Shown here: piece after piece, positions 10,618 to 19,470 of the stretch | How the letters are laid out: the number at the start of each line of letters is the position of its first letter | How positions within the stretch are numbered: the stretch's first letter is position 1 | From: a virus | Lineage: Duplodnaviria; Caudoviricetes | Direction: 5' to 3' (one strand) | IMG/VR virus record: IMGVR_UViG_3300021964_000093 | Span: 1 to 53,611 of that record | DNA: 53,611 nt | Translations under genes and position numbers: made by a program | Notes under the pieces: generated by a model | Seen by the model: only the letters and a program-made list of their open reading frames with translations | What the model was told of the DNA's origin: nothing | Database searches by the model: none

Positions 10618-11539
10618 TCAATGCTCCCTGTAAAAATCTTGTCCAAGATACTGCTTTTATTTTCCAATCATAAAAACGATTAACATAATCTATCTGCATT
10701 TGTAAATGATCCTTGATGCCTGGTGCCTGAAGCGATTGTGCGGCTACATCAATACCTGCTGCAAACTTAATTGCTAAACTTTCATAGTTATCAGAGTATG
10801 GAATATACATTGGAAACTCACCGCCAGTTTCAAATAGCGCACCATAATTAGTTACCACACAATATAAACCAGCAGCCATTGCTTCAACTAATGATATACA
10901 AAATGTTTCTTCCCAAATACTAGGATAAACAAATAAATCATATTTATGTAAATTTTGTTTTATATATTCATTGGGTTTATAACCAATATAATTTACATTA
11001 GGTAATTGTTTTGCTTGCTCATAAAGTTCTTGGTAATGTTTATCATTAGCATCATAGAAAGCTTTACCATAAACTTCAGTTGATGAATAAACATCTAGTT
11101 CAATATCTTTATTAGATACTTTTTGCATCGCACCAAGTAAAACATTAAGTCCTCTCCAAGGTGTACAGTGATGTATTATTTTTATTTTCTTTTTTGTTTT
11201 AGTAGGTCTTGGTTTTATTTTATCTATACCATTTTTTATGACTACACATTTTTCTGTAGGGATATCAAATGCCATTCTAAATTTTTCATAATTCCAATTT
11301 GAATTAAACACATACCAGTCATATTTTTTATGATTTGATTTGTCTTGAAACCATGGTGCAAGATTCGGTTGATCGTATGAATTCTTTTGCCAAAGAATAT
11401 TTAATTTGCTAGGATCTAAAGCAATTTTTTCTGGCACCGATGTACAAATAGATACTTGATCTAATAATTTTTTATCTACGTGTTTTCTTAAATATTCAAA
11501 TTGAAGCTCTGTCCCGCCTCTAGGATTTTGGTTTGTCAT
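10604..11539 (-). CDS. GT-B fold (GT4-like) glycosyltransferase
   Basis: N-terminal GGTE, PWRGL, YPSIWEETFCISLVEAMAAG (ExF-x5-EA motif). Confidence 0.88.
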   Translation of the reverse strand: MTNQNPRGGTELQFEYLRKHVDKKLLDQVSICTSVPEKIALDPSKLNILWQKNSYDQPNLAPWFQDKSNHKKYDWYVFNSNWNYEKFRMAFDIPTEKCVVIKNGIDKIKPRPTKTKKKIKIIHHCTPWRGLNVLLGAMQKVSNKDIELDVYSSTEVYGKAFYDANDKHYQELYEQAKQLPNVNYIGYKPNEYIKQNLHKYDLFVYPSIWEETFCISLVEAMAAGLYCVVTNYGALFETGGEFPMYIPYSDNYESLAIKFAAGIDVAAQSLQAPGIKDHLQMQIDYVNRFYDWKIKAVSWTRFLQGALNAKQ

Positions 11540-11750
11540 TTTTCTGATTCATCACTTTCTGTAAAACATTAAGACCTTTAGGAGAAACTTCTACAATAGT
11601 ATCTTGTTGAATATGATCTGCAGTTGTTTCAGTATTAGGATCATTAATGTCTGCATCTCTTTCTACTTCGTCTTTATATACTTTACCTGTTAATTTATTT
11701 TTAAGCACAACGTGAGTTGTACAATGTATTTTTGGTAGTTCGTTATCCAT
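11520..11750 (-). CDS. hypothetical protein
   Basis: 76-aa ORF overlapping both neighbours. Confidence 0.6.
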   Translation of the reverse strand: MDNELPKIHCTTHVVLKNKLTGKVYKDEVERDADINDPNTETTADHIQQDTIVEVSPKGLNVLQKVMNQKNDKPKS

Positions 11751-12078
11751 TCTCTTGTGACCTGTCTATTAAAGCATAACTTACAACACCTGTTATTTCA
11801 TTTGCTGTATCTGCTTGCATCTTTATAACATCTCCTGCTTCTAAATTCAAGCTATTTACAATCATATTTACCGTTTCTTGATTGAGTCGTTCATGTCCTA
11901 TTTGAACATCTGAAGCACCCGATTTTTTTATGTATAAATCTGTGTTTATATTTGACGCAGTATCATGAAGAGCCTGTACCGTTTTTACAATAGCAACTGC
12001 AGAAGTTGATACGGTTAATACAGTTGTTAAATTAGTAGTAGTTAAATTAAATGTTTCGCTTTTATATTGTATAGTCAT
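11743..12078 (-). CDS. hypothetical beta-rich virion protein
   Basis: Thr/Val-rich, LNLEAGDVIK; in tail operon. Confidence 0.55.
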   Translation of the reverse strand: MTIQYKSETFNLTTTNLTTVLTVSTSAVAIVKTVQALHDTASNINTDLYIKKSGASDVQIGHERLNQETVNMIVNSLNLEAGDVIKMQADTANEITGVVSYALIDRSQENG

Positions 12079-12239
12079 GACATAAAGTAGTTAAAAGTAT
12101 CTTGCTCATCTTTCAAGTCTTTTTGATAAGAAAAATTTAATTGAGTTTTTACAGTATCAATTGCTTCAATAATTTGTCTCTGGTTTTCAGAACTATATTC
12201 TTCTTTTGGTTCTGGTATGTATGTAGTTATTCTAGCCAT
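12075..12239 (-). CDS. small hypothetical protein (54 aa, not in ORF track)
   Basis: MARITTYIPEPKEEYSSENQRQIIEAIDTVKTQLNFSYQKDLKDEQDTFNYFMS*; fills the gap with TAATG and ATGA overlaps. Confidence 0.7.
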   Translation of the reverse strand: MARITTYIPEPKEEYSSENQRQIIEAIDTVKTQLNFSYQKDLKDEQDTFNYFMS

Positions 12240-13174
12240 TATAGAATCCTGTTTTCCACTTGTCTTAATACTTCTTTATCAAAACCAGATAAATCTACAC
12301 CTGCATTATTTAAGAAATTCTTAGCAATACCATCACCATTGTAATCTGCAAATTCAATATCATTAATAAAAATTCTTCGACCAGATGTATCTAATGAATA
12401 CACAACTGGAATCTTGTCAACCTTAATTGCAATTGGACTATCTTTAACCATAATAAATTTACCATCTTCTTTAACATAGTGACTACCTGCAACGGTAACA
12501 CCTTTATAATCATGTATTTCATCAGATGCTTTAAATTGAAATACCCCTGTAACTTCTCCACCTTTAGTATCATCACCAAGTTGAATATCTTTAATTTTCT
12601 TTTCACTACCATCAGCCATTTGAATAAGAGTGCTTGGATCGAAACAATATCCTGGCGCACCTGTATCACTTCCACTACTACCGCCTGGGTTTCCAGCATC
12701 ATCTCTTCCTGGTGCAGAGTCTCTGCCTTGTGCATCAATAGCATCTCTAGTATCTTTATTTAAACCACCTAAAGCATTTGTATAAGGATTTGTAATGTTT
12801 TCAATTAAACCTGTTATACCTCTACCAATTAATGCTCCAGGAATACCTGCCAATACTCCTCCTATAATTCCAGGAGTGCTTATCATTCCAGTTAAATCAG
12901 ATAAAGAATTAATTCCTAAATTTTCACTTCTATCAATATCATTATCTTCATCTCTACCTTCTCCACCACCTTGTTGTTGCTGTAAATATAAAAGTCTTAA
13001 TTGTTCTGGACTTAATCCAGTTGTTGCTAAAGATTCTAATTGTTCATCTTCTTCAAATAATGTAGGTTGGATTTGAGTTTGAGGTAATGAATATATTCCC
13101 GATATATCCGGTAATGGTTGATTTAAATAATCTGCTATAGATTGTGGTAATCCAAATCGTCTATCGTATATCAT
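12239..13174 (-). CDS. protein with C-terminal Hint (Hedgehog/intein) domain
   Basis: CFDPSTLIQMADGSEKKIKDIQLGD (block A), VTVAGSH (block B His), VYSLDT...IFINDIEFADY (blocks F/G). Confidence 0.85.
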   Translation of the reverse strand: MIYDRRFGLPQSIADYLNQPLPDISGIYSLPQTQIQPTLFEEDEQLESLATTGLSPEQLRLLYLQQQQGGGEGRDEDNDIDRSENLGINSLSDLTGMISTPGIIGGVLAGIPGALIGRGITGLIENITNPYTNALGGLNKDTRDAIDAQGRDSAPGRDDAGNPGGSSGSDTGAPGYCFDPSTLIQMADGSEKKIKDIQLGDDTKGGEVTGVFQFKASDEIHDYKGVTVAGSHYVKEDGKFIMVKDSPIAIKVDKIPVVYSLDTSGRRIFINDIEFADYNGDGIAKNFLNNAGVDLSGFDKEVLRQVENRIL

Positions 13175-15141
13175 TATCGTCTACCGTCCGGTTTTATATC
13201 TACTCTTAATGTTCCATAACGCCAAGTTTCACCTACAGCGTCGTTTTCAATTTTGATTGCAAGAAGTCTTCCTCTTGCACGTGTGTCTACTTTATCAGTA
13301 GATGATGTAATTGTAAAGGGGCCAAGAGGTGAGCTAGCTGCTGTTTGACTTGGATAATCATTTAATAGTAATGTTACTTTTGAATTACCAGTTAATACTT
13401 TAAAATCAGGTACAAATCTTTTCATAGACATAATAAATTCACCATCTCCTTTAAGATCAGCTAAACCAGTTGTTTGACCGGTAATCCCTCTTCTTGCAGA
13501 GATATCAAAATCACCTGATTGAATATAAGCATTAATAGAAGTTGTACCAGAACTATTGACTTGATCGGTTCCGGTTTCGTGAGCGTAATAAGTCGTTGCT
13601 CCAAATGTATTTGTAACACCTTGTATTGGAAAATTAGGTGTAGCTGTTGTTGAATATTCAGTTGCATAAGGTAAATCAAATACAGCAGCATCTTGGTATG
13701 AAGTTCTAGCTAATGAACCGGTTGTCCAAACATTTTCTCCATAGTTATAAGTAACCGATCTGTTAATTTGTGTTTGACCATTTTGTGCATAGAACCATGT
13801 TACTTCATTATATAAACTATTATGACCTGCATATATAATTTTATTAGTGTTATAATTAATTCCTAAATTATCTCCACTAGTTGTAAATACAAAATCTTCT
13901 ACTAAACATGGTAATGATTTAACAGTACCATCAAACGCAAAGAATCCTCCAGCATCACCCATCCAATATACAACACCGTTTGCATAAACAACTGCATGTT
14001 GTCCCATTGCTCCACAGTTTACTCCTACTTGTCTAATACTAAATGTAAATGGAGGTCCAACAAACTGAACCGTATAAGCTGCCGTGTCTGTTAAAATTAA
14101 TACATAATCTTTACCTTGAATAGCTGCTCTAATTTCGTTTCCTTGGTCTAATCTAAATGTACCTGCAGTGTTCGTTGCTGTTGGTTGATAAGTATCTAAA
14201 TCTTCTTGATTAGAGAATCGTATAAACATTGGGTCTTGTGTTGTTGTATCTCCAATTGTTGTTTCAGTTCCAAGATGAAATAAATGTCTATCTCGATCAG
14301 ATACAATAGTCATAATAGATGCAGTTGGATTATTAGTTGTTACATAATTTGTAGTGGTTGTTGATGCTCTAATTGTTCTTGGATTCGTTGCTCCTGAGTC
14401 CCAAGTAAATGTTCGACCATTGTGAATAGTTGCAACTAATACTTCTCCAAAATTATCAAGACTCCAGTTGCCTGGATCCAGAACCGTGGTCGTTGTAGCT
14501 CTAGCTGTATTCCATGTTGAATCACCCCATAAACCTGCACCCCAACCAAAACCTTCTAATTGAAATACTGGACCTACAGATACATATGGATTAATTTCTG
14601 CTGATCCTTGTGTAGACATACCCGTACCACCCTCATTTGCTGGCATGGTAATATCAAATGTATTAGAGGTTACGTTTAATACTTCAAATGTATTATTTTC
14701 AAATTGTATAGTTGTAAAATTAGTTTCACCACCTCCTGGTAAAGATACTGATGTAAAGGTTATATATCTTCCAGCAATCAAACCATGAGAAGTTTTATTA
14801 ACGGTTACTGTAGCTGAACCGGTTGTTGAATCAAAAGTAGCACCAGTAATTGCTGTATCTAAAGGTGTGATGTCATAAAAAGTATCTGAATAATATAAAA
14901 ATAAACCTTGTGAAGTTCCAATTGCTACATACTTTTCACCCGCTAAAGATGTAAAAGAATGTTGAGCTCTTGCAACACCAGGTAAAGTTTGATTGACTAA
15001 TGTAAGTTGTGACCAACCACCTATTTTTTCAGGGAGTCCATATCTGAATCTAACGTTGTCACCATCAACCCATTGTGATTCACCACCTGAGTCTGTGACC
15101 ATTTTATTGAAACCTGGTTTAAAATTCAGTTTTTGTAACAT
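13174..15141 (-). CDS. tail nozzle/stabilisation protein (P22 gp10 or T7 tubular B-like)
   Basis: 655 aa beta-rich; NVRFRYGLPEKIGGW, IRFSNQED, C-terminal PDGRR; position after fibre genes. Confidence 0.7.
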   Translation of the reverse strand: MLQKLNFKPGFNKMVTDSGGESQWVDGDNVRFRYGLPEKIGGWSQLTLVNQTLPGVARAQHSFTSLAGEKYVAIGTSQGLFLYYSDTFYDITPLDTAITGATFDSTTGSATVTVNKTSHGLIAGRYITFTSVSLPGGGETNFTTIQFENNTFEVLNVTSNTFDITMPANEGGTGMSTQGSAEINPYVSVGPVFQLEGFGWGAGLWGDSTWNTARATTTTVLDPGNWSLDNFGEVLVATIHNGRTFTWDSGATNPRTIRASTTTTNYVTTNNPTASIMTIVSDRDRHLFHLGTETTIGDTTTQDPMFIRFSNQEDLDTYQPTATNTAGTFRLDQGNEIRAAIQGKDYVLILTDTAAYTVQFVGPPFTFSIRQVGVNCGAMGQHAVVYANGVVYWMGDAGGFFAFDGTVKSLPCLVEDFVFTTSGDNLGINYNTNKIIYAGHNSLYNEVTWFYAQNGQTQINRSVTYNYGENVWTTGSLARTSYQDAAVFDLPYATEYSTTATPNFPIQGVTNTFGATTYYAHETGTDQVNSSGTTSINAYIQSGDFDISARRGITGQTTGLADLKGDGEFIMSMKRFVPDFKVLTGNSKVTLLLNDYPSQTAASSPLGPFTITSSTDKVDTRARGRLLAIKIENDAVGETWRYGTLRVDIKPDGRR

Positions 15142-15155
15142 ATAACCTCATTGTA

Positions 15156-15803
15156 TTACATATTCCTTATCGGTGGAATACCTAATAATGGTCTTTTATC
15201 AAACTTATTTTTCTCAGCAAAAGGACCATTTCGATGGTTATAATGTAGAAATACTTGTCCACATACTTGACCTTCAAATGGTTCTCGCCAATGTTCTAGT
15301 TCGCATCCACTATATACTAGCATGTCACCTGGATCAAGTAATACCTTTGTGCCCTCTGGGGCATTAGGTTTATGTATTTGTTTATATTCGTCAATAACAG
15401 AATCTGTACCTGTTCCGTCTATAAATATAGGCCAAGGATCTCCACCTAAGTTTAAAGTGGTAGATATCTCACAACTAGGTCTATCTTTATGTCTTCTTAA
15501 TATATCGCCTTGTTTATATATTCTTGCATATGAATAAGTTGGTACTAAATCAAGTCCAGTCTCTTTAGCCATTACCGGTAACATCTTAACTAATAATGTT
15601 TCCATAACTTGATCTGCATAATGAGAATACGTATTAGGAACTTGCTGATCTGTCCAAGTACCAAACATACCATTGTCATAAGTTATGTTGTTGTCGTACA
15701 TAAATTTAACTGCATCTCTCTTCAATAAAAAATAATTGAAGATAAAATTAGCTAGTTCATAACTAACTGCTTTTTTGATTACTTGATATTTATTGAAAGC
15801 CAT
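15156..15803 (-). CDS. 2OG-Fe(II) oxygenase
   Basis: YARIY...HKDRPSCEIS (HxD), distal His in EHWRE. Confidence 0.88.
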   Translation of the reverse strand: MAFNKYQVIKKAVSYELANFIFNYFLLKRDAVKFMYDNNITYDNGMFGTWTDQQVPNTYSHYADQVMETLLVKMLPVMAKETGLDLVPTYSYARIYKQGDILRRHKDRPSCEISTTLNLGGDPWPIFIDGTGTDSVIDEYKQIHKPNAPEGTKVLLDPGDMLVYSGCELEHWREPFEGQVCGQVFLHYNHRNGPFAEKNKFDKRPLLGIPPIRNM

Positions 15804-16371
15804 CTTGTATAAAATTAAAACTTATTGATATTCTTATATCATTTGATTTATTAGGTTCAACACAATGCCATAACCAAGCAGGAAACATAATTACTCTTCC
15901 TGGTATTGGATCTAAATGTGCTTCTCTCCATAAATGCTGCGGTGGTTGTCCAGGTTTTCTAATAGGCATCATAGTTTGTATTCCTGGTCTTGGATCATTA
16001 ACCACTAATTGTCCTGCTTGAGGATTTGATTTTACATAATACACACCACTATATAAACAATTAGGATGAACGTGAGGCCTGTTGTATCCACCAGGATAAT
16101 TAATATTTGCCCACATATTGCCTAACATCGGTTTTCGATCTAACCATTCTTCTTTATATATTTCTTCTTGCATTATATATAATTGTTTAACCAATTCTTG
16201 ATACTCTGGTTTTAAATGCATATCGGTTGTAGAATGCCAACCATTCATATTTGTTTTCTTTACCCCTGGATCTTGTTTACTCCAGTTAATAATATGATTA
16301 GTTAAAGACTCATTATTTAATTTTAAATCTTTGCCATATAAAGTAGTTGGAAAAAATTGTTCTTTAATCAT
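15790..16371 (-). CDS. 2OG-Fe(II) oxygenase (HxH type)
   Basis: WANIN...HVHPN...SGVYY...FPAWLWHCV...RISISFN. Confidence 0.9.
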   Translation of the reverse strand: MIKEQFFPTTLYGKDLKLNNESLTNHIINWSKQDPGVKKTNMNGWHSTTDMHLKPEYQELVKQLYIMQEEIYKEEWLDRKPMLGNMWANINYPGGYNRPHVHPNCLYSGVYYVKSNPQAGQLVVNDPRPGIQTMMPIRKPGQPPQHLWREAHLDPIPGRVIMFPAWLWHCVEPNKSNDIRISISFNFIQDGFQ

Positions 16372-16961
16372 CTAAAAGGTTTACCTCCAAACCAAACAAC
16401 AAGAGATTGTCTCATACCCCGTTTAACTGGATTCACTCTATGATTTAAGAATGATGCAAATATAATTGCGTGACCTTGTTTAAGTTCTGCAAATTTACCT
16501 GGTGCCATTAACTCTAAATCTCCACCTTCAAACTCTGATGGATCATTGAGTAATAATGTCATTGATATTTTTCTAACAGGGGGTTCGTGAGCCATATTGA
16601 CATCACAATCCATATGCCAATCATAAAATCCACCTTCTGGGTATTCTGTAAACTGTGCATTCTCTGTAACTCTAATATCTCCAAATCCAAAATGATTTTC
16701 ATTTGCTTTTTGTATAAATGAATGAAGGTCTCTATACATATGTGGCATTTCTTGAAAAGGGATCCAACTAATTGTGGTTACTCTTTTTTTAGTATCATAA
16801 CCCCCGCCTGGTTTACCCATACCCACTTGTGCTTTTTGTGGAGGTTGTCTTCTTCCACATTCTATAATCTGTCTACATTGGTCTGGTGTAAATAATGGTG
16901 TTGTAGTTTGAACAATCCAACTTTTCCATTTCGGTTCTGTCATATGCATATTCTCGTACAT
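16368..16961 (-). CDS. 2OG-Fe(II) oxygenase, prolyl-hydroxylase/PKHD-like
   Basis: YDWHMD, RKISMTLLL, FEGGDL, HRVNPV, RQSLVVW. Confidence 0.9.
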   Translation of the reverse strand: MYENMHMTEPKWKSWIVQTTTPLFTPDQCRQIIECGRRQPPQKAQVGMGKPGGGYDTKKRVTTISWIPFQEMPHMYRDLHSFIQKANENHFGFGDIRVTENAQFTEYPEGGFYDWHMDCDVNMAHEPPVRKISMTLLLNDPSEFEGGDLELMAPGKFAELKQGHAIIFASFLNHRVNPVKRGMRQSLVVWFGGKPFR

Positions 16962-17311
16962 TAGATGGGTCCTTTCTCATACATTGATTTTAAAAAATCT
17001 GATTGTTTTACTGGATGATTTCTCCAACAAAATACATTTAACAACTGAAAAAATTTTGTTTCATCACCATTATCACCTACATAACATAATGTTGATTCAT
17101 ACTTATCTTTAAAATATGTATATCTATGAGTACCACTTCTAATCGTTATACCATCTTTATCCAATACAATTGGACATAGTAATCCATTTTTTTCTAAATC
17201 AGGATTTACTTCTTTTACAAATTTATCAGTTGTTGGAAATAAAGTTTTCATATCTTTAAATTTTACTTCTTTTAATTTATCTTTAAATATTTGATAATGA
17301 GGTTCTAGCAT
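16961..17311 (-). CDS. small ParB/sulfiredoxin-fold-like protein
   Basis: LEKNGLLCPIVL...IRSGTHRY resembles the ParB-N G-x3-PI...G-x-HR signature. Confidence 0.5.
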   Translation of the reverse strand: MLEPHYQIFKDKLKEVKFKDMKTLFPTTDKFVKEVNPDLEKNGLLCPIVLDKDGITIRSGTHRYTYFKDKYESTLCYVGDNGDETKFFQLLNVFCWRNHPVKQSDFLKSMYEKGPI

Positions 17312-17967
17312 TAAGATACTCCTCTATTATTAATTGGGTTATAGTCTACATCACAGTTTGCAGCTAAAGTTCTTCTCATACCTTCTCCATTGAATGGATA
17401 TACACAATGCCTCATATCATATGGAAAGATATAAAAGTCTCTTTCTTTTATTTCTGGTTGATAATCTATATGTGCAAACTGACCAGATGCTGAACCTAAT
17501 ATTTGTAATCGTCCGTTTTGAGGTTGGTGTGGAGATGAATATTCTACACCATAAGACTCTGGTAATTTTAAAATCATCACTGAAGATAAACCTGTAAATA
17601 AGGTTCCTTGATGAACGTGCACTGGATTATATTCGTGCGCAAACATTTGATTTACCCATACAGAATTCATATGTAATCTATAATCTTTTATTTTATTCCA
17701 ATTTAAATAATGATGAAATTTTTGATTAAACCATTGTAGTACGTTTTGTGGTAATAAATTATGAGTATGCATTTTAGATTGGTCTTGACCATCATAAAAT
17801 AAGCTATGTTCTTTTTCTATTTTACCAACCAATTGTTTATTTGCAGGTCTTAGTTCTGGATATTTTGTTTCATAGATATGATTGATGATATTATAAACAT
17901 CTAATGGTACTTGATATTTTAATACCGATTGACCTAAAAATATAAAACTAAAATCTGATGTGTCCAT
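17311..17967 (-). CDS. 2OG-Fe(II) oxygenase (HxH type)
   Basis: WVNQM...YNPVHVH...IFPYDMRHCVYPF...RRTLAAN. Confidence 0.85.
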   Translation of the reverse strand: MDTSDFSFIFLGQSVLKYQVPLDVYNIINHIYETKYPELRPANKQLVGKIEKEHSLFYDGQDQSKMHTHNLLPQNVLQWFNQKFHHYLNWNKIKDYRLHMNSVWVNQMFAHEYNPVHVHQGTLFTGLSSVMILKLPESYGVEYSSPHQPQNGRLQILGSASGQFAHIDYQPEIKERDFYIFPYDMRHCVYPFNGEGMRRTLAANCDVDYNPINNRGVS

Positions 17968-18745
17968 ATTTTTGACGTATTCTTTCTGGAATTCTATCCA
18001 AATATTTATTAGGTTCTTTTCTAACTGTAGTTCTTATCGTATGCATATTCTTTCCCACCACTTTATCGTCATAACCTATACCATTAACATTAATTTGTTT
18101 CAAGTTTTGAAACTGGTGTTTAAAGGGTTTTATTCCTAAAAATGAATATAGATTATTAAATACTTGTTCTGGGTTTGCTACCATATCATCATATTTTATA
18201 AAGTGACACATATCAGGATAATTATAAGCATTCTTTATTGCTTCTAAATCTTTTGCAACTGCACCATCTTTATTCATAATCATTCCAAGTTTTTCATCAT
18301 CGGTATTTAAATTAAATCTATTTGGAAATGCATCAGGGTTTTCAGTATACCATTTCATATAAGAGGCTAGTACATCCATTAAATCTCTAACAATAACTAT
18401 ACATTTAAATGGTCTTTTATAATGCTTTTGCATTAGCATTAAATTACCAGGTGTCATCACAGGTCCACGATCAATGATATATTGTTGTGGCCAGTCTTTA
18501 TAATAATTGTCATAAACTGAATCTAAAACATTATCGAGTGAATCGTGGTCTTGATAATTTAAAAAGACATCAGTTTGCTTTAGAAGAAATAAATCTTTCA
18601 TTATTTCTAATGTTATTGAATTAGGTGTACAAACTATCTCTGGATTTTGATTGATGATTGATGCAAATAAAGTATTACCAGATCTAGGAAGTGCAACTAA
18701 AAAGAATAACTGTTTATTCTGTTTTAGGCTTTGCTCCAAGTCCAT
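17948..18745 (-). CDS. sulfotransferase family protein
   Basis: 5'-PSB loop LPRSGNTL, 3'-PB VRDLMDVLAS, IKYDDMV...LYSFLG. Confidence 0.85.
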   Translation of the reverse strand: MDLEQSLKQNKQLFFLVALPRSGNTLFASIINQNPEIVCTPNSITLEIMKDLFLLKQTDVFLNYQDHDSLDNVLDSVYDNYYKDWPQQYIIDRGPVMTPGNLMLMQKHYKRPFKCIVIVRDLMDVLASYMKWYTENPDAFPNRFNLNTDDEKLGMIMNKDGAVAKDLEAIKNAYNYPDMCHFIKYDDMVANPEQVFNNLYSFLGIKPFKHQFQNLKQINVNGIGYDDKVVGKNMHTIRTTVRKEPNKYLDRIPERIRQKYGHIRF

Positions 18746-19415
18746 TGGTATTATTCGCTATCGCTTCTTTCTTTTTATTGTAAAGCATTTCACCAGATTT
18801 CTTAACTCTTTCAATGGTTTGTAATTGACCAAGAACATTAAATACTTCTGGTTGAGATGATCCTGATGTTAAAGTTTCTGCTTTATTTTTCATAATTAAA
18901 CCATAAGACTCGAGTTGATGTTTATTCACATCTTGAGTATCAAACGATCCATCATCAAATTCTTTTTTAAGATCTGACCATAATTTGATTTCTCTCATTC
19001 TGTCTTTAGCAACCAATTGCATATTAGCTACAGAATAAGTTTTTTCATCAATATCAATTTGAAGTAATTCTCTTTTTAGTTCGTCAGTTTCTTCTTCTAA
19101 TTTCTTTTTTAATTTTTTAAGTTTAACTTCATTTCTTCTACATTCAAAAGATAATGACATTAAATTTTCTAAAAATACATTTTGTTCTCTAACACACTGC
19201 CAGTATTTTGCAGCTTTAGTTGGATACTTTGCATCTTGTAAAACAGATATTCTCATTTCTGTTTCAGTTCTAAACACTTGTTTTTTAGTCCAAGTATCTC
19301 TAAGCTCAGATGTCATTTCTTTAAATTCTTTAACATCATTTGGATCAAGCAAATTATTTAAGCTAGGTGCTTCTTTTTCGATTAGTGCGTGTATATTTCT
19401 TTTTTCTTCTGACAT
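18714..19415 (-). CDS. hypothetical coiled-coil protein, first gene of modification operon
   Basis: 233-aa ORF with upstream promoter-like site and GAAAGGA RBS. Confidence 0.65.
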   Translation of the reverse strand: MSEEKRNIHALIEKEAPSLNNLLDPNDVKEFKEMTSELRDTWTKKQVFRTETEMRISVLQDAKYPTKAAKYWQCVREQNVFLENLMSLSFECRRNEVKLKKLKKKLEEETDELKRELLQIDIDEKTYSVANMQLVAKDRMREIKLWSDLKKEFDDGSFDTQDVNKHQLESYGLIMKNKAETLTSGSSQPEVFNVLGQLQTIERVKKSGEMLYNKKKEAIANNTNGLGAKPKTE

Positions 19416-19437
19416 TATTAAATCCTTTCGGTTAGTA

Positions 19438-19467
19438 AATATATATCCTTTATAAATTTAAAGTCAA
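19438..19467 (-). promoter_or_regulatory. sigma70-like promoter for modification operon
   Basis: Minus strand TTGACT, 16-18 nt spacer, TATATA/TATATT. Confidence 0.5.
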
Positions 19468-19470
19468 TGA

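Noticed and set aside
12239-12646. Canonical protein-splicing intein
   Set aside because: No terminal His-Asn plus Cys/Ser/Thr, no homing endonuclease, no interrupted conserved host protein
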